Source: Deltaproteobacteria bacterium UBA1386
Lineage (GTDB): Bacteria > Desulfobacterota > Syntrophorhabdia > Syntrophorhabdales > Syntrophorhabdaceae
Direction: 5' to 3'
Assembly: GCA_002305765.1 (NCBI GenBank)
Contig: DBQU01000062.1
Span: 27,859-91,858, forward strand
Length of the DNA: 64,000 nt
Part shown: in pieces, positions 1 through 9,226 of the stretch
Layout: every line of letters starts with the position of its first letter
Numbering within the stretch: position 1 is the stretch's first letter
Made by a program: the position numbers and the translations under genes
The notes under the pieces: generated by a model
The model's input: the letters and a program-made list of their open reading frames with translations, nothing else
Databases searched by the model: none
Told to the model about the DNA's origin: nothing

Positions 1-153
1 GGTGATGAAGCTCAGGTTGACCGCGTTCAGCATGAGCTCGATGCACATGAAGATCACGATCGCGTTCCTCCGTGTTATGACACCCACGGCCCCCACGGTG
101 AAAAGCACCGCCGAGAGCAGGTAATAGAGGGTCTGCGGTATCTCGGGCAACAT
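1..153 (-). CDS. nuoK: NADH-quinone oxidoreductase subunit K (first 51 codons; 3' part runs off the left edge)
   Basis: Own reverse-strand translation from ATG at 153 gives [51 protein letters not shown], the conserved NuoK/ND4L core. It follows nuoJ in canonical order. Confidence 0.85.
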   Translation of the reverse strand, partial: MLPEIPQTLYYLLSAVLFTVGAVGVITRRNAIVIFMCIELMLNAVNLSFIT

Positions 154-163
154 TTTCTCTCTC

Positions 164-697
164 CTAATCCTTTCTTTTCTTCGCGAGCAGTACGGCCCCC
201 ACTATACCCACGAGAAGAAGTATCGAGGCAATCTCGAAGGCGAAGACGTACTTGCCGTAAAGGAGTGTTCCCACCGCCCTGGTGTTGCCGATCTCGGCGA
301 GCTTCTGGGCGCTGTAGACCCCTTTCTGCCCCGCGTCGCTATAGGTGAACACCCCCGCCAGGACCTGCAGAAAAAGCAGGATGGTAACGACTCCGCCGAT
401 AAGCTTCGCAAAGGAAAGCCTTCTCTTCCACTGCGCGCCCCATTCCAGGTGGATCAGCATTATCACGAAGAGGACGAGCATCATGATCGCCCCGGCATAG
501 ACCATGATCTGGGCCACGGCGATGAATGTCGCGTTGAGGAGCACGTAGAGGATCGCGACGGAGAAGAAGGTCACGATCAACCACAGGGCGCTGTGGATGG
601 GGTTTTTCCTTGTCACCATCATGAGCGACGATCCCGTCGCCACAAGGGCCGCAACAACAAAGATAAACCATTTGAATCCGATACCGATGCCGATCAT
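164..697 (-). CDS. nuoJ: NADH-quinone oxidoreductase subunit J
   Basis: 177-aa polytopic membrane ORF with a NuoJ/ND6-like block ([22 protein letters not shown]). 4-nt overlap with the nuoI stop; canonical operon position. Confidence 0.9.
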   Translation of the reverse strand: MIGIGIGFKWFIFVVAALVATGSSLMMVTRKNPIHSALWLIVTFFSVAILYVLLNATFIAVAQIMVYAGAIMMLVLFVIMLIHLEWGAQWKRRLSFAKLIGGVVTILLFLQVLAGVFTYSDAGQKGVYSAQKLAEIGNTRAVGTLLYGKYVFAFEIASILLLVGIVGAVLLAKKRKD

Positions 698-1116
698 TTT
701 CTATCCTCATACATGGCAAGGAGTCTCTTCATGTCCAGTACAAAATCCTCTTTCCGGTAATGTGCCTGCTCGTAGTCTTTGCCGAGATTGATGGCGTTAA
801 CCGGGCAGGCATCCTGGCAGAAGCCGCAGTAGATGCATCGCCACGGGTCGATCTCGTATTTTATGGGATACCGTTTGCCGTCGAATCTCTCGCCTATCTC
901 CAGAGTGATGCACTGGTTGGGACAGGCCTTGACACAGAGTCCGCAGGCGACACAGGCCGTCTCACCGGCCTCGTTCTTCTTGAAGTAGTGTATCCCTCGC
1001 CATCTTTCGGGTACTTCATGCTTCTTCTCCGGGTACTGATAGGTTATGGGCTTCGTGAAGACCCGTGTGAACGTCAACCTGAGACCTTTGAGAAGGGGCA
1101 GGATCTGTTTCATCAC
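694..1116 (-). CDS. nuoI: NADH-quinone oxidoreductase subunit I (2x[4Fe-4S] ferredoxin-type)
   Basis: Two CxxCxxCxxxCP motifs (CVACGLCVKACP, CIYCGFCQDACP). 140 aa; overlaps the nuoH stop by 4 nt. Confidence 0.95.
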   Translation of the reverse strand: MMKQILPLLKGLRLTFTRVFTKPITYQYPEKKHEVPERWRGIHYFKKNEAGETACVACGLCVKACPNQCITLEIGERFDGKRYPIKYEIDPWRCIYCGFCQDACPVNAINLGKDYEQAHYRKEDFVLDMKRLLAMYEDRK

Positions 1117-2105
1117 AGCACCCCCATTGCCACGAGGGCAGCGGTAACGACAACGTTAAGGAGGGTAAGGGGCAGGAGCACCTTCCATCCGAATTGCATG
1201 ATGTGATCGTATCTCAACCTCGGGTACGTCCCCCTCTCCCAGATAAAGAAGAAGATGACACAGAAGACCTTTATCAGGAACCAGATCGGCCCGGGCAGCC
1301 AGGGCCCCATCCATCCGCCGAGGAACAGGGTGGTAACGATGGCAGCTATGGTGAACATGTGCGCGTACTCGGCGATCATGAAGGTCGCGAACTTCATGCT
1401 GCTGTATTCGATGTTGAAACCGCATGCCAGCTCGCTCTCCGATTCGGGCATATCGAAAGGCGTCCTGTTTATCTCCGCCAGTCCTGCTACGAGGTAGAAG
1501 AGAAAGCCTGCCGGATACTTGATCACGAACCACATCCCTTCCTGAGCCGAAACGATGTCACGGAGGTTCAAGGACCCTGCGAGGATTATGGTGCCGATGA
1601 CCGCAAGGCCAAGGGCCACCTCGTAGCTGATCATCTGCGCCGCGGCACGCAATGCCCCGAGCACCCCGTACTTGTTCCCTGAGGCCCACCCGCCGAGAAC
1701 CACACCATACTCACCGAGGGTCGCGAGGGCAAGCAGGTACAGAAGGCCCGTATCCAGGTCGGCAACGACCAGCTTGATCTGTCTGCCCAGGAAGGTTACG
1801 GTGTCTCCGAAGGGAATGACCGCGAACATGGAGAGCGCCGCGAAGAGGGAGATGCCCGGTGCGAGGACGTAGAGAGTCTTGTCCGCCTCGTCAGGTATGA
1901 TGTCTTCCTTGAAGAAAGACTTGACGCCGTCCGCGATCGGCTGAAGGAGACCGAAGGGCCCCACCCTGTTGGGACCGAGCCTGACCTGCAGACGGCCGAG
2001 CAGTTTTCGCTCAAGGAGCGTGGTATAGGCCACACATCCCATGAGGACGAGCACCACAACGATGTTCTTGACCACCATTTCAATCAAAGTATAGAGCGAT
2101 TCCAT
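1113..2105 (-). CDS. nuoH: NADH-quinone oxidoreductase subunit H
   Basis: 330-aa polytopic protein with the NuoH/ND1 signature LLERKLLGRLQVRLGPNRVGPFGLLQPIADGVK. Confidence 0.95.
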   Translation of the reverse strand: MESLYTLIEMVVKNIVVVLVLMGCVAYTTLLERKLLGRLQVRLGPNRVGPFGLLQPIADGVKSFFKEDIIPDEADKTLYVLAPGISLFAALSMFAVIPFGDTVTFLGRQIKLVVADLDTGLLYLLALATLGEYGVVLGGWASGNKYGVLGALRAAAQMISYEVALGLAVIGTIILAGSLNLRDIVSAQEGMWFVIKYPAGFLFYLVAGLAEINRTPFDMPESESELACGFNIEYSSMKFATFMIAEYAHMFTIAAIVTTLFLGGWMGPWLPGPIWFLIKVFCVIFFFIWERGTYPRLRYDHIMQFGWKVLLPLTLLNVVVTAALVAMGVL

Positions 2106-2108
2106 GCC

Positions 2109-4514
2109 TTAACCTTTTTTTACCGTCACTGCGATGTGTTTGCCGTATCCGTCGGCAAGCTTCAATACGTCCTGCCTGTTCTTCAGCATCCTGTATTCAA
2201 GCACGCCCTTGCCAAGACCTTCCTTGACCGTGACGGGGTGCTGCAGTGTCCCGTGGTCCGATTCGACGATGACCTGACCGCCGTCGGCTATACCCAACGC
2301 CGCGGCGTCTTCCGGTGAAATGAACAGCTTGTCTCCGGCAACCGCGGGATTCTGGAGGTACACCATCTTCGAGTAGACACCCTGTCCCGCCAGGTGATGG
2401 TGGAAGAAGACATTCCTCAGGACAAGGGTGAGCGGTCTCGCCGGCTTGCCCTCCGCGGCTTTGCCCGCTGAGGCCAGACGTGCCTGGCCGTTCGTGGGTT
2501 TGAGCATCGCCCTGCCGCTGTCGTCCGCCACGAGGACCTCCTTCCCGAAGAGAACCCTGGATGCCTCCTGTTCGTCCCTGTACAGGCCGCCGCCCAACCG
2601 GTCGAGGAGGAGCCTCAGGTAGTCGAACCCCGGCGAGGATCCGCCTTCCGCCCGTGCCACATCGCGCACGTAACCATCTTCCGCGACGTAGCTGCCGTCC
2701 TTCTGGGCAAAGCTGCCGGAGGGGACGACGACATGCGCCAGCGCGGAGGCGCCCGTCGGGAACATGTCACAGACCGCCACAAAGGCCTTGTTCTTCAATG
2801 ATTCTTCCACCCTCTTTCCTCCGAGGTAATGGAAAGGATCGTCCTCATAGATGAAGAGGCCATCCGCCTCACCCAGAACATCCCCGGAAGAGACGGCATC
2901 GGGCAGGACCGAGATGACTCCGACGGCATTGGACTGGAGCGCCGTCGGCATCACGACCCCCGTCTTTTGAACGCCTTTCACGAGACAGAGGTTGAGGAGC
3001 GCTTCCATGCTCTCCGTCCTGTCGCTGATACCGGTGCCGAATATGACAGCCACGCGGGAGGCCGCGGCGAAAAGAGCATAGAACCTGTCCACGCTCTTCT
3101 CGTCGGCCCCGCTCCGTACTGCATCCCCTTTGCCTCCACCGGTACTACCCGAAAAACCTTCCAGACTTCCCGCCTCCGGGTCGTTCTTCTTGTCCGCGAT
3201 CAACTGCGAGGCGACGCCGTTGAAGAACAGCGCGTCGGAACCCGGAGCGACCTTCACCCACACGTCACAGGCTCTCGTCAGTGCCGCGGAGGAAGGGTCG
3301 ACAACGGCCACCTTCGTTCCCTTGTTCTTCACCACTTCCCGCACTTTGTTCGCAAGGAGATGGTTATTGCCGAGAAGGTCGGCGCCGGCAACGACCACGA
3401 GATCGCAGTCGTTGATCGCTTCATATTCGTAAGGATAGGGAATTCCCATGCGGCGCAGTGTTTCGAGCACCCTGCCCGTATGGTAGTACCCGGCGGTCCC
3501 GAACCGGGTCTTCGAGAACGTGCCCGCGATCTGCGAGATCATGTAGGCTTCCTCGTTCGTCGCCCGGGGGGACACGATAAAACCGATCGTCTTTCCTTCC
3601 TTGTCGAGCTTCGCGAGAGCTGACGCGGTCGCCTCGACGGCCTCGGCAAGGGTGGCTTCCGACGCTGCCGCGCCCTGCTTGAGGGTCGGTGTCGCAAGCC
3701 GCGCCTCGTTGTTCGCGAAGTCGTACCCGAAGCGTCCCATCACGCAGAGGGAACCCTTGTTGGGAAGACGTTCCGGACGGGTTACGACCTTCGTCACGAA
3801 CCTGTCCTCGAACACGTCGAGGTCGAGGGAACAGCCGAATCCGCAGTGCGGGCAGGTCGTCGTCTGCCGCTTCGTCTGCCACTTCCTGCTCTTCAACGGG
3901 CTTTCCTGCTCGGTAAGGGCGCCGACGGGACACACGTTGAGACATTCACCGCAGGAGATGCAGTCCTCGGGCACCTTCGGCGCCATGGCCGCTTCTATAC
4001 CGCTCCCGGTAAGTTCCAGGACCCTGCGACCGGATATCTCACGGCAGGCATGAACGCAGCGCAGACAGAGCACGCATCTGTCCTCGGAATACCTGATCAG
4101 CGCCGTGGCATAGGGTTTCACCTTTTTCGGCTCCCTTTCGGCGGCAAGATCGACGGATTCGATCTTGTGCTCGAAGACGAGGTCCTGCAGACGGCACTCC
4201 CCGCCGGAGTCACAGATGGGACAGTCGAGGGGGTGATTGATGAGAAGGAACCTCAGGTACTCCTGGCGCATGGCGAAGAGCTTCTCCGATCGTGTCGTGA
4301 CCGATATGCCCTCGACGGCGGCCGTGGTGCACGATGCCACCGGTTTGTCGTACCCCTCGATCTCAACGATGCAAAGCCTGCACGAGCCAATGGGGAGAAG
4401 GTTCTCGTGGTAGCACAACGTGGGAATGTGGATGTCGTTCTCCCGTGCCGCTTCGAGTATCGTCTTACCCTTCTCGGTCTTTATCTCTTTGCCGTCTATC
4501 TTGAGTGTTATCAT
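2109..4514 (-). CDS. nuoG: NuoG-like Fe-S / molybdopterin-oxidoreductase-fold subunit (NuoG / formate-dehydrogenase-alpha / SfrA-like)
   Basis: ORF 2109..4541. Preferred start is ATG 4514 (MITLKIDG), 13 nt after the upstream stop, with an AAGGGAA-type RBS. Motifs: 2Fe-2S fold (CYHENLLPIGSCRLC), HPLDCPICDSGGEC, two 4Fe-4S motifs (CVLCLRCVHAC, CISCGECLNVCP), CPHCGFGC, then a long MopB-like C-terminal region. Confidence 0.8.
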   Translation of the reverse strand: MITLKIDGKEIKTEKGKTILEAARENDIHIPTLCYHENLLPIGSCRLCIVEIEGYDKPVASCTTAAVEGISVTTRSEKLFAMRQEYLRFLLINHPLDCPICDSGGECRLQDLVFEHKIESVDLAAEREPKKVKPYATALIRYSEDRCVLCLRCVHACREISGRRVLELTGSGIEAAMAPKVPEDCISCGECLNVCPVGALTEQESPLKSRKWQTKRQTTTCPHCGFGCSLDLDVFEDRFVTKVVTRPERLPNKGSLCVMGRFGYDFANNEARLATPTLKQGAAASEATLAEAVEATASALAKLDKEGKTIGFIVSPRATNEEAYMISQIAGTFSKTRFGTAGYYHTGRVLETLRRMGIPYPYEYEAINDCDLVVVAGADLLGNNHLLANKVREVVKNKGTKVAVVDPSSAALTRACDVWVKVAPGSDALFFNGVASQLIADKKNDPEAGSLEGFSGSTGGGKGDAVRSGADEKSVDRFYALFAAASRVAVIFGTGISDRTESMEALLNLCLVKGVQKTGVVMPTALQSNAVGVISVLPDAVSSGDVLGEADGLFIYEDDPFHYLGGKRVEESLKNKAFVAVCDMFPTGASALAHVVVPSGSFAQKDGSYVAEDGYVRDVARAEGGSSPGFDYLRLLLDRLGGGLYRDEQEASRVLFGKEVLVADDSGRAMLKPTNGQARLASAGKAAEGKPARPLTLVLRNVFFHHHLAGQGVYSKMVYLQNPAVAGDKLFISPEDAAALGIADGGQVIVESDHGTLQHPVTVKEGLGKGVLEYRMLKNRQDVLKLADGYGKHIAVTVKKG

Positions 4515-4527
4515 TCCCGTTCCCTTT

Positions 4528-6477
4528 TCAACCAACCGCAATCATGCCTATTCTGTAACAGCGAAGGCACCGTGACGCCTCCGTGATCGCCTCATCGGTC
4601 CGGAAACCCTCTTCCACCTCGTCGAAGGTCCACTTCCTGACCTCGGGGGCCATCGGCCGCAGAAGAAGTCTTGCCCTGTCGCCCAGAAAACCAACGTTCT
4701 CGTTCTTGTCGTAGACCTTGACGTCACCGAAGAACTTCACGAACCTCTCGCTCATGCGGGCCTTCGGTTTCTCTCCCCTCAGGTATTCATCGATCTTCCA
4801 GGCAGCGCGCTTGCCGTTGCCGCAGGCGCGGACGAGGACGTCCGGGCCGGTTTCGCAGTCGCCGGCGGAGAAAACACCCGGCACGTTGGTCTCGAAGGTC
4901 TCCTGGTCGACCTGGAAGGTGTTCCATTTCGTTATGGCAAAATCTTCCTTCTTCTCAAGGAAGGAGAAGTCGACGGCCTGACCGATCGCGGGGATGAGTA
5001 TGTCCGTATCGATCACGAACTCGGAACCCGGAACGGGAACCGGCCTTCTGCGCCCACTCGCGTCCGGTTCTCCCAGTTCCATTCGGATGCACTCCACGCC
5101 GACGACCTTGCCGTCCTTCTCGAGGATCCGCGTGGGATTGCACAGGTAGTGGAACTCAACGCCCTCTTCCTCCGCCTCGTGGATCTCCACGGGGTCCGCG
5201 GGCATCTCTTTCTTCGTACGCCTGTAGACCAGGTGAACGTCCGGCTTGCCGACGCGGAAGGATGACCTGACGCAGTCCATCGCCACGTTGCCGCCGCCAA
5301 CGACTACGACCTTCTTTCCCTCGGGATAGGGGTCTTGCCCGTTGTTGATGTCGAGAAGATACTTCACGCCGGGGATGAAGCCGCGATAGCCCGAGTCCTC
5401 GCCCTGCACGCCCATGGGTGAGGAACTGTGGGCGCCGACACCGATGAAGACGGCATCGAAATCCTTCCGTATCTGGTCGATGGTTATGTCTTTGCCCAGA
5501 GCCACGCCGTACCGCATGGTTACGCCGAAGGACTCCACGAAGGCGCCCTCGCCGCCAAGAATGACCCTCGGCAAACGATAGTCGGGGATACCCACCGCCG
5601 CCATGCCGCCTGGTTCCCCGAGCTTCTCGAAGACCGTCACGGGGTAGCCCATCTGGGCGAGATAATAGGCGCAGGAAAGCCCGGCAGGGCCGGCACCGAT
5701 GACGGCGATCTTCTTGTTCTTATCTATCTTCGCCTCGACGTTGCGTTTTACGTCCTTGTCCAATTCGTAGTCCGCAACGAACCGCTTGAGGCTTTTGATG
5801 GAGATCGCCTCGTCGATGTTCGCTCGCCTGCAGTTGGACTCGCACGGCCGGACACAGACCCTTCCCAGTGTCCCGGCGAGGCAGGTGTTCTCCCGTATCG
5901 TCGCGAGGGATTCCGTGAACCGCCCTTCGCTTATGGCCTCCACGTACTTCGGGATATCGAGCTGAGTGGGGCACACGCTCATGCAGGGGGCCGTGACGGA
6001 CACCTTGTAGTCGCCCGCCTTCGCCTTGCGCCCTTCAGCTATCGACCGGTCGAACTCGGGGCCGAAGAACGAAAGGGCCTGAAGGAGAGGCACGAAACCT
6101 GTCTGGCCAATCTGGCACTTGGAGCCGTCCTTTATGCCGGCGGCGATGGTGGGGATCCTCGCAAGATCTTCCTTCTTGCCCCGACCGTCGGCGATGCCCT
6201 TCAGGATGTCCAGAATGACCTTGCTGCCTATCCTGCAGGGCACGCACCGTCCGCAGGATTCTTTCTGGACCGCCTCGACGTACCTGACGGACATGTCGAC
6301 GATATCCACACTCTCATCACAGAGGATGATGCCATCCCACCCCATGAAGGCCTTGACGGGAAGACCCTTCTCTAACTCTCCGGGGAGTTTTACCTTCGGG
6401 GCTTCGAAAGACTCGCGGGCCTTGCCCCTGTTGTCTATTATCTCACCCTGCCAGGAACTGAAGATCACGTCTGCCAT
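4528..6477 (-). CDS. Fusion protein: C-terminal 4Fe-4S (N3) part of NuoF joined to a GltD/NfnB/SfrB-like FAD- and NAD(P)H-binding oxidoreductase
   Basis: ORF 4528..6483 (TTG); first ATG at 6477. Residues about 60-125 carry the NuoF N3 motif ESCGRCVPCRIG...SKCQIGQT, but the FMN/NADH-binding domain that precedes it in NuoF is absent. The rest is GltD-like: Cys clusters CMSVCPTQ and CVRPCESNC, FAD fold KIAVIGAGPAGL, second dinucleotide fold KKVVVVGGGNVAMD. Confidence 0.8.
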   Translation of the reverse strand: MADVIFSSWQGEIIDNRGKARESFEAPKVKLPGELEKGLPVKAFMGWDGIILCDESVDIVDMSVRYVEAVQKESCGRCVPCRIGSKVILDILKGIADGRGKKEDLARIPTIAAGIKDGSKCQIGQTGFVPLLQALSFFGPEFDRSIAEGRKAKAGDYKVSVTAPCMSVCPTQLDIPKYVEAISEGRFTESLATIRENTCLAGTLGRVCVRPCESNCRRANIDEAISIKSLKRFVADYELDKDVKRNVEAKIDKNKKIAVIGAGPAGLSCAYYLAQMGYPVTVFEKLGEPGGMAAVGIPDYRLPRVILGGEGAFVESFGVTMRYGVALGKDITIDQIRKDFDAVFIGVGAHSSSPMGVQGEDSGYRGFIPGVKYLLDINNGQDPYPEGKKVVVVGGGNVAMDCVRSSFRVGKPDVHLVYRRTKKEMPADPVEIHEAEEEGVEFHYLCNPTRILEKDGKVVGVECIRMELGEPDASGRRRPVPVPGSEFVIDTDILIPAIGQAVDFSFLEKKEDFAITKWNTFQVDQETFETNVPGVFSAGDCETGPDVLVRACGNGKRAAWKIDEYLRGEKPKARMSERFVKFFGDVKVYDKNENVGFLGDRARLLLRPMAPEVRKWTFDEVEEGFRTDEAITEASRCLRCYRIGMIAVG

Positions 6478-6486
6478 AGTCAACCT

Positions 6487-7659
6487 TTACTTGTCTATTT
6501 CCCCGAGAACTATGTCGATGCTTCCTATCGCAGCGACCACGTCGGCCACCAGCGATCCCTCTATCATCTTCGACACGGAGCCGAGGTTGAGGAATGAGGG
6601 CGGACGGATCCTTACCCTGTAGGGTTTCTCCGAACCGTCGCTGACGATATAGAACCCGAGCTCACCCTTTGAAGACTCGATCGACGCATACGCCTCACCC
6701 TTCGGCGGCTTGATGCCGTCGGCCATGATCTTGAAATGGCGGATGAGGGCGGCCATGTCCTTTGACACCTCTTCCTTTTCCGGTGGCACGTATTCCGGCG
6801 CATCCGCCTTGATGGGCCCCTCGGGGAGCTTCTGGATGGCCTGATCGACGATCCTTACGGACTGTCTCATCTCCTTGAGACGGACGAGGTACCGGTCGTA
6901 GACATCACCTGCCGTGCCGAGAGGTATCTCGAAGTCGAAATCCTCATAGCTCGAATAGGGATAGGCTTTACGGACGTCGTAATTAACCCCCGAGGCGCGA
7001 AGCACGGGGCCCGTCACGCCGTAGCCTATGGCATCCTCGGCGCTCAAGGGACAGACACCTTTCAGGCGCCTCTTCCATATGACATTCTCCGTAAGCAGTG
7101 TCTCGTATTCATCGATCCTGCGGGGGAGATCGTCGATGAAGGCCTTCGCTTCCTTCAGAAAACCCTCGGGCAGCTCTTCCCGGAGCCCGCCGAAGCGTAT
7201 ATAGTCCGGCATGAGCCTTGCGCCCGCAACTGTCTCCAACACCTTCAGGCAGGATTCCCTTTCCCGGAACCCGTAGAAAAGCACCGTCATGGCGCCCATA
7301 TCGAGGGCGTGCGTCGATATCCAGAGAAGGTGGGCGGCGATGCGCTGCAATTCACTCAGCATCACACGGATGTACTGGGCCCTTTTCGGTATCTCTATGC
7401 CGAGCAGTTTCTCCACGGCAAGGCAGTAGGCCAGGTTGTTGGACATGCCGCTCGTGTAATCGAGCCGGTCCGTGAGGGGCTGGCCCTGCCAGTAGGTCCT
7501 GTTCTCGAAGATCTTCTCAATGCCGCGATGGAGATACCCGATGTCAGGGATGCTTGACACGACGGTCTCGCCGTCAAGCTCGAGCACCACCCTCAGCACC
7601 CCGTGTGTGGCGGGATGCTGCGGCCCCATGTTGATCGTCATGTACTTGGTCTCAGCCAT
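6487..7659 (-). CDS. nuoD: NADH-quinone oxidoreductase subunit D (49-kDa)
   Basis: 390 aa. N-terminus MTINMGPQHPATHGVLRVVLELDGE and C-terminus SIDIVLGEIDK are typical NuoD. Directly abuts nuoC. Confidence 0.95.
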   Translation of the reverse strand: MAETKYMTINMGPQHPATHGVLRVVLELDGETVVSSIPDIGYLHRGIEKIFENRTYWQGQPLTDRLDYTSGMSNNLAYCLAVEKLLGIEIPKRAQYIRVMLSELQRIAAHLLWISTHALDMGAMTVLFYGFRERESCLKVLETVAGARLMPDYIRFGGLREELPEGFLKEAKAFIDDLPRRIDEYETLLTENVIWKRRLKGVCPLSAEDAIGYGVTGPVLRASGVNYDVRKAYPYSSYEDFDFEIPLGTAGDVYDRYLVRLKEMRQSVRIVDQAIQKLPEGPIKADAPEYVPPEKEEVSKDMAALIRHFKIMADGIKPPKGEAYASIESSKGELGFYIVSDGSEKPYRVRIRPPSFLNLGSVSKMIEGSLVADVVAAIGSIDIVLGEIDK

Positions 7660-8151
7660 TTATGCCTTCTCCAGGTCCACCACGAAGGGTTTGTCGAAAT
7701 CCTTGCCTTCGAGGGGAAACTCCTTGCGCAGGGGATGGCCCTCAAAATCATCGGGGTTGTATATCCTGCGCAGATCGGGATGATTCGCGAAAGGCAGACC
7801 GAACATGTCGTAGATCTCCCTTTCGAGGAAATTGGCAGCCGGCCACAGGTGGCTCGCCGTTTCGATGCCCTCGTCGCCCGTTCTCGTCTTCACCACTATC
7901 CTCGCGTTGTTCTTCGTGGAGCGGAGGATGTAGACGATCTCGAAGCGCGGCTCTTCGCCTGTGTAGTCGACTGCAAAGAGCTCGACAAGCATGTCGAACA
8001 AGAGGTCCCGGTCATACCTGAGATGGTCGAGGGCCTCGTGGATGCTTTCCCTGTCGACCATCGCGCTCGGTTCGCCGGGGGGCGTCGGCACGATCTTTAC
8101 GCCTGCCACCTTATCGGAGAGTATTTTCAGAAACTCGCTGTTATCGCTCAT
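7660..8151 (-). CDS. nuoC: NADH-quinone oxidoreductase subunit C (30-kDa)
   Basis: ORF 7660..8262. Preferred start is the internal ATG 8151 ([11 protein letters not shown]), giving an ATGA overlap with the nuoB stop. Contains the NuoC block [25 protein letters not shown]. Confidence 0.9.
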   Translation of the reverse strand: MSDNSEFLKILSDKVAGVKIVPTPPGEPSAMVDRESIHEALDHLRYDRDLLFDMLVELFAVDYTGEEPRFEIVYILRSTKNNARIVVKTRTGDEGIETASHLWPAANFLEREIYDMFGLPFANHPDLRRIYNPDDFEGHPLRKEFPLEGKDFDKPFVVDLEKA

Positions 8152-8642
8152 GCACTCTTCCCGGGCAATGTTATCAGAGGTCTGTCCTTGATGGACTCTT
8201 TCTGGATCTTCTTCTGAAGCTCTATGATGCCCTTCAGGAGGGCTTCCGGCCGGGGAGGACATCCGGGGATGTACACGTCCACGGGGATTATCTGGTCAAC
8301 ACCCTGCACGACGCTGTAGGATTTGAAGATTCCGCCCGATGATGCGCAGGCGCCGTACGCGATGACCCACTTGGGATTCGGCATCTGTTCGTATATCCTC
8401 CGAACCACGGGGGCCATTTTTTTCGTCAGTGTTCCGGCGACTATCATGAGGTCCGACTGCCTCGGCGAGGGACGGAACACCTCGGCGCCGAAACGGGCGA
8501 TATCGTACTCCGCGGAGCTTGCCACCATCATCTCGAGGGCGCAGCAGGCAAGGCCGAATGTGACAGGGAAGAGAGAGTTCTTCCTGGACCAGTTGATGGC
8601 CCAGTCAAGTGTCGTTACAAGTACGTTCTTTTCTATTCCCAT
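8148..8642 (-). CDS. nuoB: NADH-quinone oxidoreductase subunit B (N2 cluster)
   Basis: N2-cluster cysteine blocks [19 protein letters not shown] and IPGCPPRPE; 164 aa. Confidence 0.95.
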   Translation of the reverse strand: MGIEKNVLVTTLDWAINWSRKNSLFPVTFGLACCALEMMVASSAEYDIARFGAEVFRPSPRQSDLMIVAGTLTKKMAPVVRRIYEQMPNPKWVIAYGACASSGGIFKSYSVVQGVDQIIPVDVYIPGCPPRPEALLKGIIELQKKIQKESIKDRPLITLPGKSA

Positions 8643-8986
8643 TCCAATGCACCTTTTTTCCAGATGTAGATATACCCAATGAAGAGTATGAAAACAAAGA
8701 CCAGCATCTCGATGAATCCGAAGAGCCCGAGGCGACGGGAGATAACTGCCCAGGGATAGAGGAATATGATTTCAATGTCGAAGACGAGGAAGAGCATGGC
8801 CACAATATAGTACCGGATGGTCATGATCCGGCGCGTCGGGCCGCTCGTCGTCATGCCGCATTCATAGGGAGCAAGTTTGGTCTTGCTTTTCGTCCTGTGT
8901 CCGAGAACATGTGAAGCACCGATTATCACGGCCGCGATGATCCCGGCAAGGCACATCATGACAAAGATCGCTACGTACTCGAGCAT
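8633..8986 (-). CDS. nuoA: NADH-quinone oxidoreductase subunit A
   Basis: 117 aa with 3 TM segments. NuoA/ND3-like block YECGM...[22 protein letters not shown]. First gene of the operon. Confidence 0.9.
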   Translation of the reverse strand: MLEYVAIFVMMCLAGIIAAVIIGASHVLGHRTKSKTKLAPYECGMTTSGPTRRIMTIRYYIVAMLFLVFDIEIIFLYPWAVISRRLGLFGFIEMLVFVFILFIGYIYIWKKGALEWE

Positions 8987-9067
8987 GTCTCAGGTCCTCT
9001 TTGAAGTATGTTGCAAAAAAAAAACTTAAAGGTAGATTATGAAACTGCACTCCCACTTTGTTCCCAA

Positions 9068-9100
9068 TTTCACAATGGCAAACTTTACCCAATTGTGAAA
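9068..9100. promoter_or_regulatory. Perfect 9-bp inverted repeat TTTCACAAT-N15-ATTGTGAAA overlapping the nuo promoter
   Basis: Read directly: 9068..9076 is the reverse complement of 9092..9100. One arm lies in the -35/-10 spacer; the other lies just downstream of the -10. Confidence 0.5.
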
Positions 9101-9110
9101 GATTTGTCAA
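9082..9110 (-). promoter_or_regulatory. Candidate sigma70-type promoter of the nuo operon
   Basis: Reverse strand reads TTGACA (9110..9105), a 17-nt spacer, then TAAAGT (9087..9082), about 95 nt upstream of the nuoA ATG. This is the only AT-rich gap upstream of nuoA. Confidence 0.4.
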
Positions 9111-9226
9111 TCATAAAATACCCCGTTATTTGCATTTTCTTTGCCTGCTGAAAGGCCGCAGAAATAAAGGTTTGCCGCGCTATACAGTCAATGATATCAA
9201 TTTGTTGCAGCCAACTGTCCGAAGGC

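Noticed and set aside
2109-4514. Possible selenocysteine (TGA) recoding, as in formate-dehydrogenase-like proteins
   Set aside because: The NuoG-like ORF is uninterrupted over its full length and no in-frame TGA or SECIS-like hairpin is required.
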